The translations under genes were made by a program, and so were the position numbers. From positions 2,944,001 to 3,008,000 of the forward strand of contig OY970194.1 in NCBI GenBank assembly GCA_963708075.1: a stretch of 64,000 bases of DNA. Direction: 5' to 3'. Positions 1 through 9,478 of the stretch are shown one piece after another. The DNA comes from Sedimentisphaerales bacterium (GTDB lineage: Bacteria; Planctomycetota; Phycisphaerae; Sedimentisphaerales; Anaerobacaceae). The notes beneath the pieces were generated by a model. It was not told the origin of the DNA and ran no database searches. It was given only the letters and a program-made list of their open reading frames with translations. The first letter of the stretch is position 1. Each line of letters opens with the position of its first letter.

Positions 1-1923
1 CGCGAAGATGTGCTGGAAATACGGGCTGCGGTAGCGCGTCACGATCTCCGGCATCAGGCCGATCTTGCCGAGGGCGGCGTCCTCGAAGCTCGTCGCATCC
101 AGCCCCTTCGCTTCGCCCAGGACATGCCATTCCATGTCGAGAAACGAGGCCGCCAGGTACTCCACCGTGGCAAACCCCTGGTTGAACCGCTCCGCCTCCT
201 TGATTCGGGCGATCAGATCGTCGGAGATCGGCTCTCCGGTCTGCCAGTGCTTCGCGTAGCTCTTGAGCACCTGCGGCTCCAAAGCCCAGTGTTCCATGAT
301 CTGCGAGGGTAGCTCGACGAAATCGCGGGGCACCCGGCCCAGGGTCCTATAATGAATCTGCGAGAGCAGCGAGTGCAGACCGTGGCCAAACTCATGAAAG
401 AGCGTTTCCGCCTCTTCCAGAGACAATAGTGCCGGAGCGCCGCCGACCGGACGGGTGAAGTTGCACACGTTGGTGACGATGGGCCGGATATCCCGTCCGT
501 CCTTGACGTACTGGTCCCTGAAACCGCTACACCAGGCCCCGCCCCGCTTGCTGGCTCGCGGATGGAAATCAACCATGAACACGCCCAGATGCGAGCCGTC
601 GGCGTCCTTCACTTCGAAGGTGCGCACCTCATTGTGATACTTCGGCAGATCGGTTCGCTCGACGAAGCTCAGTCCGTAGAGCTTGCCGGCCACGGCGAAG
701 GCCCCCTGCCGCACGTTTTCCAACGAGAAATACGGCCGCAGCTCATTCTCATCAAGATTGTAGCGGGCCTTGCGCACCTTCTCGGCATAGTACCGCCAGT
801 CGCACGCCTCAAGCTTGAAGTCGCGTCCTTCCTTCCGGATGACCTCCTGAAAATCGGCCGCCTCCTTTTTCGCCACGGCCAACGCGGGCGTCCAGAGCTG
901 ATTCAGCAGACGGTACACTTGGTCCGGCGTCTTCGCCATTCGCTCTTCCAGGGCGAAGTGCGCGTGGCTCGGATAGCCCAGGAGCCGGGCACGTTCCGCA
1001 CGCAGTGCGGCGGTCCGGACCAGAATCGCCTTGTTGTCCTGCCCATTGCCCTGATCGCTGCGCTTCGTGTACGCTGTCAGAATCCGGCGGCGCAGCTCCC
1101 GGTTGTCAGCATAGGACAGAAACGGCCAGATGCTCGGCGCGTGCAGGGTGAAGACCCACTTGCCTTCCATGCCGGCGTTGCCCGCCGCTTCTGCCGCCGC
1201 AGCTATCACGTTCTCGGGTAGCCCGGCCAGGTCCTCGCGTTTGTCAATGACAAGCTGATACGCGTTGGTTTCCTTCAGGAGATTATCGCTGAACTGCAAT
1301 CCGAGCAGGGAAAGCTCCTCGTTGATGACCCGTAGGCGCGTCTTTTGCTCCGCCGCGAGTCTGGCCCCGCCCCGGACGAAGTCTTTGTACGTCTCCTCAA
1401 CAAGCCTTCGCTGTTGAGCGTTGAGTCCAAGCGTGTCGCGCTGCTCCCAGACCGCTTTGATGCGGGCGAAGAGCTGCTCGTTGAGCAGGATGTCGTCATC
1501 GAGCGCTGAGGTCAATGGGGCAATCTTCCGGGCGATCTCCTGGATCTGGTCGTTCGTCTCGGCCGATTTACGGTTGTAGAAGACGCCGCCGACGCGGTCG
1601 AGCAGCTCGCCGGAGGCGTCCAGCGTCTCAATCGTATTGACGAACGTGGCGGGTTGGGAGCTCTTGATGATCGCATCCACTTCCCGCCGCTTGAGGTCTA
1701 TGGCCTTCTGGAAGGCGGGGAAGTAGTGCTCCTCTTTGATCCTGTCGAACGGCGGCACGCCAAAAGGCGTGGTCCACTCGCCCAGCAACGGATTCGTCTC
1801 ATTCGCAGTGGACGCCGGGTTCGCTCCCGCCCGGTCTGAACCATGTGCCTGGTGTAAACTTACAGCAGAGAAACCAACCATGAGCGTTCCCAACAGTATT
1901 GCCGCATGAGACTTGGCCTTCAC
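1..1923 (-). CDS. dcp: M3-family peptidyl-dipeptidase Dcp/oligopeptidase, 3' end runs off the window
   Basis: Manual translation of the minus strand from GTG at 1923 (RBS GGAGG): signal-like MKAKSHAAILLGTLMVGFS, then NPLLGEWTTPFGVPPFDRIK, zinc motif TLFHEFGHGLH, DFVELPSQIMEHW and PRYRSPYFQHIFA at the window edge. Confidence 0.93.
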   Translation of the reverse strand, partial: MKAKSHAAILLGTLMVGFSAVSLHQAHGSDRAGANPASTANETNPLLGEWTTPFGVPPFDRIKEEHYFPAFQKAIDLKRREVDAIIKSSQPATFVNTIETLDASGELLDRVGGVFYNRKSAETNDQIQEIARKIAPLTSALDDDILLNEQLFARIKAVWEQRDTLGLNAQQRRLVEETYKDFVRGGARLAAEQKTRLRVINEELSLLGLQFSDNLLKETNAYQLVIDKREDLAGLPENVIAAAAEAAGNAGMEGKWVFTLHAPSIWPFLSYADNRELRRRILTAYTKRSDQGNGQDNKAILVRTAALRAERARLLGYPSHAHFALEERMAKTPDQVYRLLNQLWTPALAVAKKEAADFQEVIRKEGRDFKLEACDWRYYAEKVRKARYNLDENELRPYFSLENVRQGAFAVAGKLYGLSFVERTDLPKYHNEVRTFEVKDADGSHLGVFMVDFHPRASKRGGAWCSGFRDQYVKDGRDIRPIVTNVCNFTRPVGGAPALLSLEEAETLFHEFGHGLHSLLSQIHYRTLGRVPRDFVELPSQIMEHWALEPQVLKSYAKHWQTGEPISDDLIARIKEAERFNQGFATVEYLAASFLDMEWHVLGEAKGLDATSFEDAALGKIGLMPEIVTRYRSPYFQHIFA

Positions 1924-1974
1924 GTAACACCTCCTGCGTCCTGACGTGGACAACGGTACTCAGCGTGCGCATGG

Positions 1975-2003
1975 AAACGGCCGGAAGGACTGCCTCCCGG
2001 CCG
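1975..2003 (-). terminator. Probable intrinsic terminator after rpoD
   Basis: Minus strand CGGCCGGGAGG-CAGT-CCTTCCGGCCG followed by TTT, 20 bp after the rpoD stop. Confidence 0.6.
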
Positions 2004-2023
2004 ATTATGTCTGATTCGATCCA

Positions 2024-3883
2024 TCAGGCGGACTTGTGATCGAGGAAGCCTTCGAGCTTGCGGGCACGCACCGGGTGCTGCAGCTTGCGGATGGCCTTGG
2101 CCTCCACCTGCCGGACGCGCTCTCGCGTGACTTTGAAAATCCGGCCGACCTCTTCGAGCGTGTACGTGTACCCGTCGCCGATGCCGTAACGCAGCTTGAT
2201 GATCTCGCGCTCGCGATAGGAGAGCGTCTTGAGCACCATGTCGATGCGCTCCTTGAGCATCTCCTGCGTGGCGGAGGCCACGGGCGAATCGACATCGTCG
2301 TCCTCGATGAAATCGCCGAAGTAGGAGTCCTCGCTGTCGCCGATGGGCCGGTCCAGGCTGATCGGATGCTTGGAGATATTGAGCACCCGTCGGGTCTCCT
2401 GCACGGTCATGCCGACCTCGGTGGCGATCTCGTCGATCGTCGGCTCGCGGCCGAGCTCCTGATGCAGGACCTTCGAGGCGCTGCGAATGCGGCTCATCGT
2501 CTCGATCATGTGGACCGGGATACGAATGGTCCGGGCGTGATCGGCGATGGCCCGTGTGATCGCCTGGCGAATCCACCAGGTGGCGTACGTGCTGAACTTG
2601 TAACCCCGGCGGTACTCATATTTATCTACAGCCCGCATCAGGCCTGTGTTGCCTTCCTGGATCAGGTCCAGGAAGCTCAGGCCGCGGTTGCGGTATTTCT
2701 TCGCGATGGAAACGACCAGACGCAGGTTCGCGCTGGAGAGCGTTCGCTTGGCCTCTTCGTATTGTGCAAAGACCCGCTCAATCGCCCGCAGCTTCTTTTC
2801 CAACAGGTCGGGCGTATCGAGAACCAGCTCTCTGAGGCCGACAAGCTCCTGCCGGGCCGCGTCGATATCGTCGGCGGTCATCATATCGTTGACCCCGGCG
2901 GCGATCATCTTCTCAAGCTGGGCCATCTTCTCGCAGATGCCATGCAGCTTGGTTTTCATCGGCTGGATGCGGCTCGTGCGAAGGCTCAGTTCCTCCAGCA
3001 GCGTGGCGACCTTGCGGCGGTTTCTTCGCAACCGCTTGACGTCGGTCCTGTTCTCCTCGGCCAGCTCGTTGCCGGCGACCTTCTTGAAAACCGTCTGGTT
3101 GATATCAAGCAGTTGCGAGACCGTCTTGAGGTTCTCGATCATCCGCTTGCGGATAACGCTCTTGGTAGTCAGTGGCGTGGTGCCCGTCTTGATCGTGCGG
3201 TCGAACGACATCGAGCCGTCATGGACCTGCGTCAACAGCTCCACCGCGTTGCGGGCGCAATAGTCGCACTGGAGCATCTTGCGCCGGAAGGCCATGCGGG
3301 CGATCTCGATCTTTCGCGCCAGGGCGATCTCGTCCTTCCTGGTCAGCAGCGGGATCTGCCCCATCTGCGTCAGGTACATCCGGATGGGATCATCGATGCG
3401 GCGGGAGGTCTCGCCCTCCATCAGGTCCTTCTCGACGATCTCTTCTTCCTCTTCGGCGGGTTCCTCCTCCACGGCAACCTCGCCTTCCTCTGCGGCCGCA
3501 GTGCCATCCTCTTCGAACTCTTCGTCCGCCTTGGCTGCCTCCCGGGCCTCCGCATCATTCTCATCGATCAGACTGATCCCCATCTCGTCGAGCGTGGCGA
3601 GGAGTCTTTCGAGGCGGCTGGAACTCACCGCGTCATCGGGCAACGCGCTGTTCATCTCCTCATACGTGAGAAATCCGCGTTTTTTGCCCTTGGCGACGAG
3701 CAACTTGATCAGTTGCTCCGCCTCCTGGGTCTTTGCACTATCGGCGGGGCCCTGACCGTCCGGCGGATGCTGGACTTGCGTCGGGCTTGCGACTTCAGTT
3801 GCGCTCTTGACTTCAGTCGGGTTCTTGACTTCCGTCTGATTCATATTCTTCGCCTTTTTCGATTTCCGTTCTTTCTTCGCCAC
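2024..3883 (-). CDS. rpoD: RNA polymerase primary sigma factor RpoD (sigma70)
   Basis: Region 1.1 ([11 protein letters not shown]), [81 protein letters not shown]; follows dnaG. Confidence 0.98.
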   Translation of the reverse strand: MAKKERKSKKAKNMNQTEVKNPTEVKSATEVASPTQVQHPPDGQGPADSAKTQEAEQLIKLLVAKGKKRGFLTYEEMNSALPDDAVSSSRLERLLATLDEMGISLIDENDAEAREAAKADEEFEEDGTAAAEEGEVAVEEEPAEEEEEIVEKDLMEGETSRRIDDPIRMYLTQMGQIPLLTRKDEIALARKIEIARMAFRRKMLQCDYCARNAVELLTQVHDGSMSFDRTIKTGTTPLTTKSVIRKRMIENLKTVSQLLDINQTVFKKVAGNELAEENRTDVKRLRRNRRKVATLLEELSLRTSRIQPMKTKLHGICEKMAQLEKMIAAGVNDMMTADDIDAARQELVGLRELVLDTPDLLEKKLRAIERVFAQYEEAKRTLSSANLRLVVSIAKKYRNRGLSFLDLIQEGNTGLMRAVDKYEYRRGYKFSTYATWWIRQAITRAIADHARTIRIPVHMIETMSRIRSASKVLHQELGREPTIDEIATEVGMTVQETRRVLNISKHPISLDRPIGDSEDSYFGDFIEDDDVDSPVASATQEMLKERIDMVLKTLSYREREIIKLRYGIGDGYTYTLEEVGRIFKVTRERVRQVEAKAIRKLQHPVRARKLEGFLDHKSA

Positions 3884-4041
3884 AACAGGGACTCCACTAA
3901 AGCGAAATCACCGGGTCTCGAAGCCACCGCCTCCAAAGGCTCAAACCACAAGTGTGTCTGGTGAGGTCATGCAATTCGATTGTTTTTACGGTCTTTTTTC
4001 TGTAATTGTTCATTCTACAAGGGTTTACCGGACTTCGACGG

Positions 4042-5823
4042 TCAGGTCATGCCGATACTGTGGGGGTTCCGCCGCTCCGGCAGCCCCTCGCCAACGCCCG
4101 AAAAACCACTCCCGTTCTTCGTCCCGCCCGTTCGGATTGTCCCAGAACGGTCCTTATACCGCTTCAACGCATCGAGCGCATCGATCAGGCGGGAGCGGTA
4201 GTTGCCCTTATGCTCGCCAACTTCCTGCAACTCGATCATACAATCACCCAACTGCACTGACTCCGTACGGGCCAGAACAGCACGGAGTGCGAAATCTTCG
4301 TCGGATCGCAGAATTTCGAACAAAATTGCGGCGACCTCCCGCAGGATGGGAACGTCAAACAGATCCTCCGTGATCTCCTGCCCGATGTTGTGAAACAGCC
4401 CCGGCTCATTGAACAGGACCTCGAGGATTTCCCGCTGGGCGGCCGCATGCAAGCCCTGGCCCCAATCGACCGCCTCCGCCGCATTCTGCCGCTGCTTTGA
4501 CTGCGAGAGTCTCTCTATCCTCTTGTTGACATCAGCGTTGACCTCTTTAGGGTCCAAGCCGATGATTTTAGCCACCTTATTCACGAGCAGCCCGCTTTCA
4601 AGCATGGGCAGATTGCCCGCCGCCAGGCCGGTCGCCACCGCCTGAAGGAACTCGTTCAGGGCCGCCTTCTTGTTGGCCAGCGAGCCATCCGTCTTGAAGG
4701 CGGTCTCCAACTGGTTCCACTTGTATTGCAGGACGTCCGTCGCCTGCGCGAGAACGCGATCGAAGCCTTCCTTGCCCGCGGTCAGCAGATATTCGCAGGG
4801 GTCTTTGCCCTCCGGAACAAACGCCAGCTTGATGTCCAGGTGTTGTGACAGGCACACTTCCAGGCCCCGATTAGCGGCCTCCATCCCGGCCGTGTCGCTG
4901 TCGAAGACCAGAATCACCTGCTCCGCATAGCGGCGGAGAATCCGGCCGTGACCGCTCGTCAGACTCGTCCCCAGCGTCGCAACCACGTTGGTGCAGCCGT
5001 ACTGATGGGCCATGATCACGTCCGTATAGCCCTCGACGATGACGGCGGTCCCCGTCGCCACGATCTCGTGCCGGGCCTGTTCCAACCCATAGAGCGTGTT
5101 GCTCTTGTCGAACAGCGGCGTCGTCGGCGAATTGATGTACTTGGCGCCCGTGTTGTTGAGCGTTCTGCCGCCGAAAGCGATGACTCTGCCTGTCACATCA
5201 GTGATCGGGAACATCAGGCGGTTACAGAATTTATCCTGGCTTGTGCCCATCGCCAGGCCGCCCTGCTGCACAAGGTCCAGCGGGACCTTGTTCGCCGCGG
5301 CAGCCTTGACCAAGCCATCCACGGCGTTGGGCGCTGTGCCAAGCCGCCACTTGCTGATACTCTCCGGCGAGAGCCTCCGCTGGGCCAGATAATCCCGGGC
5401 CACTTTGCCCTTCTCCGGGTCATTGAGGCACTGCTGAAAGAATTTCATCGCCCAGGCGTTCAACTTTGCCAATCTGTTCGGATCGATCTGGGGCTGGCCG
5501 TCGGTCCGGGGCGCAGCGCGTCGGACCGGCTTGACTTGGATGCCCGCGCGCTCGGCCAGTCGCTCGACGGCCTGCGAGAATGTCAGGCCCTCGCGCATCT
5601 GGATGAACTTGAGCACGTCGCCGCCCGCCCCGCACGCAAAGCACTTGAAAATCTGCTTGGTCGCGCTGACGTTCATGCTCGGCTTGTGATCCTCATGAAA
5701 TGGACACAAGCCGACCATCTCCCGTCCCTTCCTTTTGAGGCTGACGTGCTCACCTACAACGTCAATGATATCATTCGCCTGCTGCACCCGATTGATGACA
5801 GCATGGTCGTATAGCCCTGGCAT
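4042..5823 (-). CDS. dnaG: DNA primase
   Basis: Zinc-binding CPFHEDHKPS...CFAC, RLMFPI, KYINSP, TOPRIM VEGYTDV and FDSDTAG. Confidence 0.98.
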   Translation of the reverse strand: MPGLYDHAVINRVQQANDIIDVVGEHVSLKRKGREMVGLCPFHEDHKPSMNVSATKQIFKCFACGAGGDVLKFIQMREGLTFSQAVERLAERAGIQVKPVRRAAPRTDGQPQIDPNRLAKLNAWAMKFFQQCLNDPEKGKVARDYLAQRRLSPESISKWRLGTAPNAVDGLVKAAAANKVPLDLVQQGGLAMGTSQDKFCNRLMFPITDVTGRVIAFGGRTLNNTGAKYINSPTTPLFDKSNTLYGLEQARHEIVATGTAVIVEGYTDVIMAHQYGCTNVVATLGTSLTSGHGRILRRYAEQVILVFDSDTAGMEAANRGLEVCLSQHLDIKLAFVPEGKDPCEYLLTAGKEGFDRVLAQATDVLQYKWNQLETAFKTDGSLANKKAALNEFLQAVATGLAAGNLPMLESGLLVNKVAKIIGLDPKEVNADVNKRIERLSQSKQRQNAAEAVDWGQGLHAAAQREILEVLFNEPGLFHNIGQEITEDLFDVPILREVAAILFEILRSDEDFALRAVLARTESVQLGDCMIELQEVGEHKGNYRSRLIDALDALKRYKDRSGTIRTGGTKNGSGFSGVGEGLPERRNPHSIGMT

Positions 5824-6093
5824 AAATACCCGTGCAAATCCTTTCTAAGTGCTCCATTAGTGGAATCCTCCACCCCACCACGGCCTGGACATGGACATGA
5901 GACTTCGGCCCTGGCGATTAAGCAAGACGCTTAGCTACTAATATATAGGTGGCAATCGGCGAAAAGTCAAATCGGGGGCATGGAACCGCACTGCTTGTAT
6001 TGAAAAAACGCATTTTGCGAATTTTGGACAGTTGGTGAACTGAGGCGCAGAGCCGATATTCTGGGGTCTCCACGATGCCGTCAGGGCCGTATA

Positions 6094-6882
6094 TCAGACC
6101 GTCGCAGCAGGCGGAAAGTTGAAGAATGTCGCGGCGGTTTCTGTTGTCGCCCGGGCAAAGTCTTCCATTTCCATGCCCTTGAGTCCGGCGAGGAATCGGG
6201 CCGTATGGACCATCAGGGCCGGCTCATTGGGCTTTTGACTTCGCACGGGCTCCGGAGACATGTAGGGACAGTCCGTCTCAACCATCAGCCGATCCAGGGG
6301 GACGACCCTCGCCGCCTCGCGGGTCTTCTCGGCGTTCTTGAACGTCACGACGCCTGTGAATGAGACATAGTAGCCTCGCTCCAAGACCCGCTTCGCCTCC
6401 TCGGCCGAGCCGCTGAAACAGTGAAAGACGACACCTTTGAGCCCCCCGCCGCTATGGTCAAGTATCTCCATCGTCTCCTCGAACGCATTTCGCGAGTGAA
6501 TAATCACCGGCAGACCCAACTCCTTCGCGATCTCAAGATGGGCAATGAATACCCGCCTCTGGTCCGGCTGCTTGGAGAAATTATAATGGAAATCCAGCCC
6601 CGTCTCGCCGACGGCGACAACCTTCTCGCTACGTCCCAACTGCTTCAATTCCTTCAAAGCCCCCGCGTCGGCGCTCTTGGCATCGTGTGGATGAATCCCG
6701 ACTGTCGCGTACATACCCTCATACAGCCTCGCCAACTCGATCACCTTGCGGCTATCCTCCAGCGACGTGCCGACGGTAATCCACCCAGTCACCCCCGCCG
6801 CCCGGCTGCGTTCGATCACCCCCGCCACGTCTCCCACCAGCGGCTCAAATGTCAAATGGCAATGTGTATCAATCAACTCCAT
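6094..6882 (-). CDS. tatD: TatD-family hydrolase/DNase
   Basis: IDTHCHL, GIHPH, VGETGLD, IHSR, FHCFSG, ETDCPY. Confidence 0.95.
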   Translation of the reverse strand: MELIDTHCHLTFEPLVGDVAGVIERSRAAGVTGWITVGTSLEDSRKVIELARLYEGMYATVGIHPHDAKSADAGALKELKQLGRSEKVVAVGETGLDFHYNFSKQPDQRRVFIAHLEIAKELGLPVIIHSRNAFEETMEILDHSGGGLKGVVFHCFSGSAEEAKRVLERGYYVSFTGVVTFKNAEKTREAARVVPLDRLMVETDCPYMSPEPVRSQKPNEPALMVHTARFLAGLKGMEMEDFARATTETAATFFNFPPAATV

Positions 6883-6900
6883 CAGCCTATCATCAGCGAA

Positions 6901-8062
6901 TCAGACTTGTCTTTCAAGAACGACTTTCACATCCTTGATTCTGCTTCCACGCTGGATTCTCATGGTGATTTCCTTCCCGTGGCCGGAGCGCAGCAGGTCG
7001 CGGATCTCCCACATTTCGTACGTGCTTACATCCCGGCCATCCAGCTTGAGGATGGTGTCACCCGCTTTGATACCGGCTTTTGCCGCCGGTTGACCCTTGT
7101 AGATCGCCGATACGACCGTGCGACCGTCGGAGCGATCCAGACTCACGCCGCACATGCCTGCCTCATCGGGTTTGTCGAAGCTCTCGCCCTTCTTTAGATA
7201 GAGCCTGTCGTGCGGGAAATCGAACGTCACCACATGGCGAGAGAGAAAGCCCAGGCCAAGGAGATTGTCCCTGGCCTCACTGAAGATGAGAACCGCGATA
7301 TTCAAATGGCCCGGCCGTCACGCGATCTGCGCGGATCAGCCCCGATTTGACGACGCCGCTGACCGCGAACATAGCTGTATCGACCGGTTTGAGACGGCCT
7401 TTCATGACTATGCGTCGGAAGCTATCCTTACCCAGGGCTCCGCTCATCTCGCAGCCTGTATCGATGACGAAATCCTGCTCCGGCTGACCATTCACGGCCA
7501 GCCTGATCTGCGGCATCATCATCGAGTTGTACATAATGGGAAACGCCTCTCCCCACTCCCGTGGGTCCCCCTGCTCACTGCCGAGAAAAGCGATTCGGCC
7601 CTCGTCGAAATCGATCTGAACGATATGCTTCTTCAGCACGTCCATGCCGAGTACCCCATGCACATCTCGTCCCATGGTTTCAGCGAAGCCCTTGAGGTCC
7701 GCACACATCACCTCGTTGCAGTCCGCGAGGCTGAACGGGCCCAGGAAGGCACGCGGCGCGGCAAACACCTGCATAGCGATCGGCTTCCCAGGTCCTGATA
7801 CCTTTCTGCTCCTCCTGGGTTTTCCGAGCTGGGGCCGAAATGAGAGGTCGAACAGCGTGCCCGTGCAGCCGGTGTCGAGCGTGAAATCATAGGTGCGAGG
7901 CCCGAACCGAATCGGTACGCACAACGGCCACTGGCCCGGAGCGAATGTGAATGTGGTCGCGGAATCAGATTGCACCTGGTTTGGATCGGGCCCAGATGCG
8001 CCATGGACGCGGGGATTCAACGCAACGAATAGGACGAGGCATACGCCGAATCTGCCTGCCAT
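6901..8062 (-). pseudogene. Secreted aspartyl protease with two retropepsin-like domains plus a C-terminal PDZ domain; +1 frameshift near 7291 (possibly an assembly error)
   Basis: ORF 7277-8062 has a signal peptide, FTLDTG, GVLGMD and FVIDTG; ORF 6901-7305 continues with NLLGLGFL and PDZ PAAKAGIKAGDTIL; removing one T from GGTTCTC joins them as EYRG-LIFSEARD. Confidence 0.85.
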
Positions 8063-8217
8063 GCAATCGCTCCTTGCAGCAAAGACCTGTTCAGCCGCAC
8101 ATTAGCCACTGCGAGCCAATGGTACAGGCAAGATAGCTCATTGGGAAGCAAAGGAGGCGGAATTCTCCGCCATGCGCTCGGATGCAGGTCGCTGATGCTC
8201 TGGCACTCGCCAAGCAG

Positions 8218-8607
8218 TCAAGGCACGAAGGCGTTGGGGTAATGCTGGATGTTTGGAGGGCCGGAGCGGCCGAGGACGAGGGTGATCACGTCGAAACGCA
8301 GGGGGCGGTCCTCGATCTTGTGGGCGGCGAGGAAATACCGTGCGGCCTGGCTTACGTGGGCCCGTTTGGCGGGCGTGATCGTCGCCTCCGGCGACACCAG
8401 GCCCCCCTCCGCCCGGGAGCGGACCTCGACGAAGACGATGCTGCCGTCGGTTTCGACCATGACCAGGTCCAGCTCGCCAACCCCACAGCGGTAGTTGCGG
8501 GTGAGGGTCTTGAGACCTTTGGCCTTGAGGAACCGCTCGCAGCGTTTCTCGCTCCACCGGCCCAGTCGGGCCCGGTCGCTCAGCAGCTTGCGTCGGTTCC
8601 ACAGCAT
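8218..8607 (-). CDS. yraN: YraN (UPF0102) family putative endonuclease
   Basis: LGRWSE, RNYRCGVGELDLV, VFVEVRSR, RFDVI; ATG at 8607 preceded by GGGAGGGAG. Confidence 0.9.
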   Translation of the reverse strand: MLWNRRKLLSDRARLGRWSEKRCERFLKAKGLKTLTRNYRCGVGELDLVMVETDGSIVFVEVRSRAEGGLVSPEATITPAKRAHVSQAARYFLAAHKIEDRPLRFDVITLVLGRSGPPNIQHYPNAFVP

Positions 8608-8640
8608 TTGAAACACTCCCTCCCGAAACCTCGATACGCC

Positions 8641-8732
8641 GGGTGGCACTGCCAGGCTCGCTTGACAGTGCTGATTCGTTCGGCACTGATCGCACGATAC
8701 GCCACGGGCGAACGAGTTTGCCCGTGCCACCC
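8641..8732. repeat. Inverted pair of REP-like palindromes (REPIN-like)
   Basis: GGGTGG-CACTGCCAGGC-TC-GCTTGACAGTG at 8641-8670 and, on the minus strand, GGGTGG-CACGGGCAAAC-TC-GTTCGCCCGTG at 8732-8703. Confidence 0.75.
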
Positions 8733-8767
8733 CTCCTGATCCCGCTCACCCGCAACGTGCGTCAATG

Positions 8768-8792
8768 AAAAGGCCGCAACTCTCTGCGGCCT
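8768..8792 (-). terminator. Intrinsic terminator after rplS
   Basis: Minus strand AGGCCGCA-GAGAGT-TGCGGCCT-TTT. Confidence 0.7.
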
Positions 8793-8835
8793 GAATTCTC
8801 CCTGTATTGTCGAGTTGCCGCCGGACGGCGGACTC

Positions 8836-9204
8836 TTACTTCGAAGCGGTGTGCTCGCTGTGCCGCTGCGACAACTTGACCGCCTTGCCGGCCCGCTCGC
8901 GCAGGAAGAACAGCTTGGCCCGGCGGACCTTGCCGCTTCGCGTCGGGCGGACATCAAGCACGTTGGGCGAATGAAGCGGGAACTTGCGCTCCACGCCCTC
9001 GTTGGCAACGATGCGCCGGACGGTAAAGCTCGCGTTCATACCGCGGCCCTGCCGGGCGATCACCGTGCCCGAGAAAATCTGCGTGCGGGTCTTTTCGCCT
9101 TCCTGAATCCGGCAGTGCACATCCACCGTATCGCCCACCTCGAAGTGCGGGATGTCCTTCTTCAGACTCTTGCTCTCAACTGCATCAAGTAACTGCGTTT
9201 TCAC
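8836..9204 (-). CDS. rplS: 50S ribosomal protein L19
   Basis: PHFEVGDTVDVHCRIQEGEKTRTQIFSG, FTVRRI..EGVERKFPLHSP, GKVRRAKLFFLR. Confidence 0.98.
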   Translation of the reverse strand: MKTQLLDAVESKSLKKDIPHFEVGDTVDVHCRIQEGEKTRTQIFSGTVIARQGRGMNASFTVRRIVANEGVERKFPLHSPNVLDVRPTRSGKVRRAKLFFLRERAGKAVKLSQRHSEHTASK

Positions 9205-9258
9205 CGGTATATCTCCGAAGATCGTATTCCTGGTCTTGGGTCGTTCAGTAAAACCTGT

Positions 9259-9287
9259 ATTTTATGCCCGCTCGCCCCCCAATGCAA
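9259..9287 (-). promoter_or_regulatory. Sigma70-type promoter of rplS
   Basis: TTGCAT-17 bp-TAAAAT on the minus strand, 55 bp upstream of the start codon. Confidence 0.7.
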
Positions 9288-9478
9288 GCCCCTTTTTCGC
9301 AATATTTTCACAACCCTTACAACCAATAGGCAGGTTTCGGAGTCTCTGGCTTCACCCAGACACGGAGAACATTCGACCAATGAATAAGGTGCTCAGCGTT
9401 GACCAGTTCACGAACTTATCTTGCGTCAACGCTGAGCACTCGACAAGATATGGCGTCCTTCGTACCAGTCGCGCCGAA

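Noticed and set aside
2036..3964. Long opposite-strand ORFs (e.g. 2036-3964, 24734-26143, 35174-37204, 39418-40935, 58740-60857)
   Set aside because: They are antisense shadows of well-supported genes in GC-rich DNA and have no recognisable motifs
5940..5970. Possible sigma70 promoter upstream of dnaG (TTGACT...TATATA)
   Set aside because: The -10 element fits poorly at 17-bp spacing, so support is too weak to list
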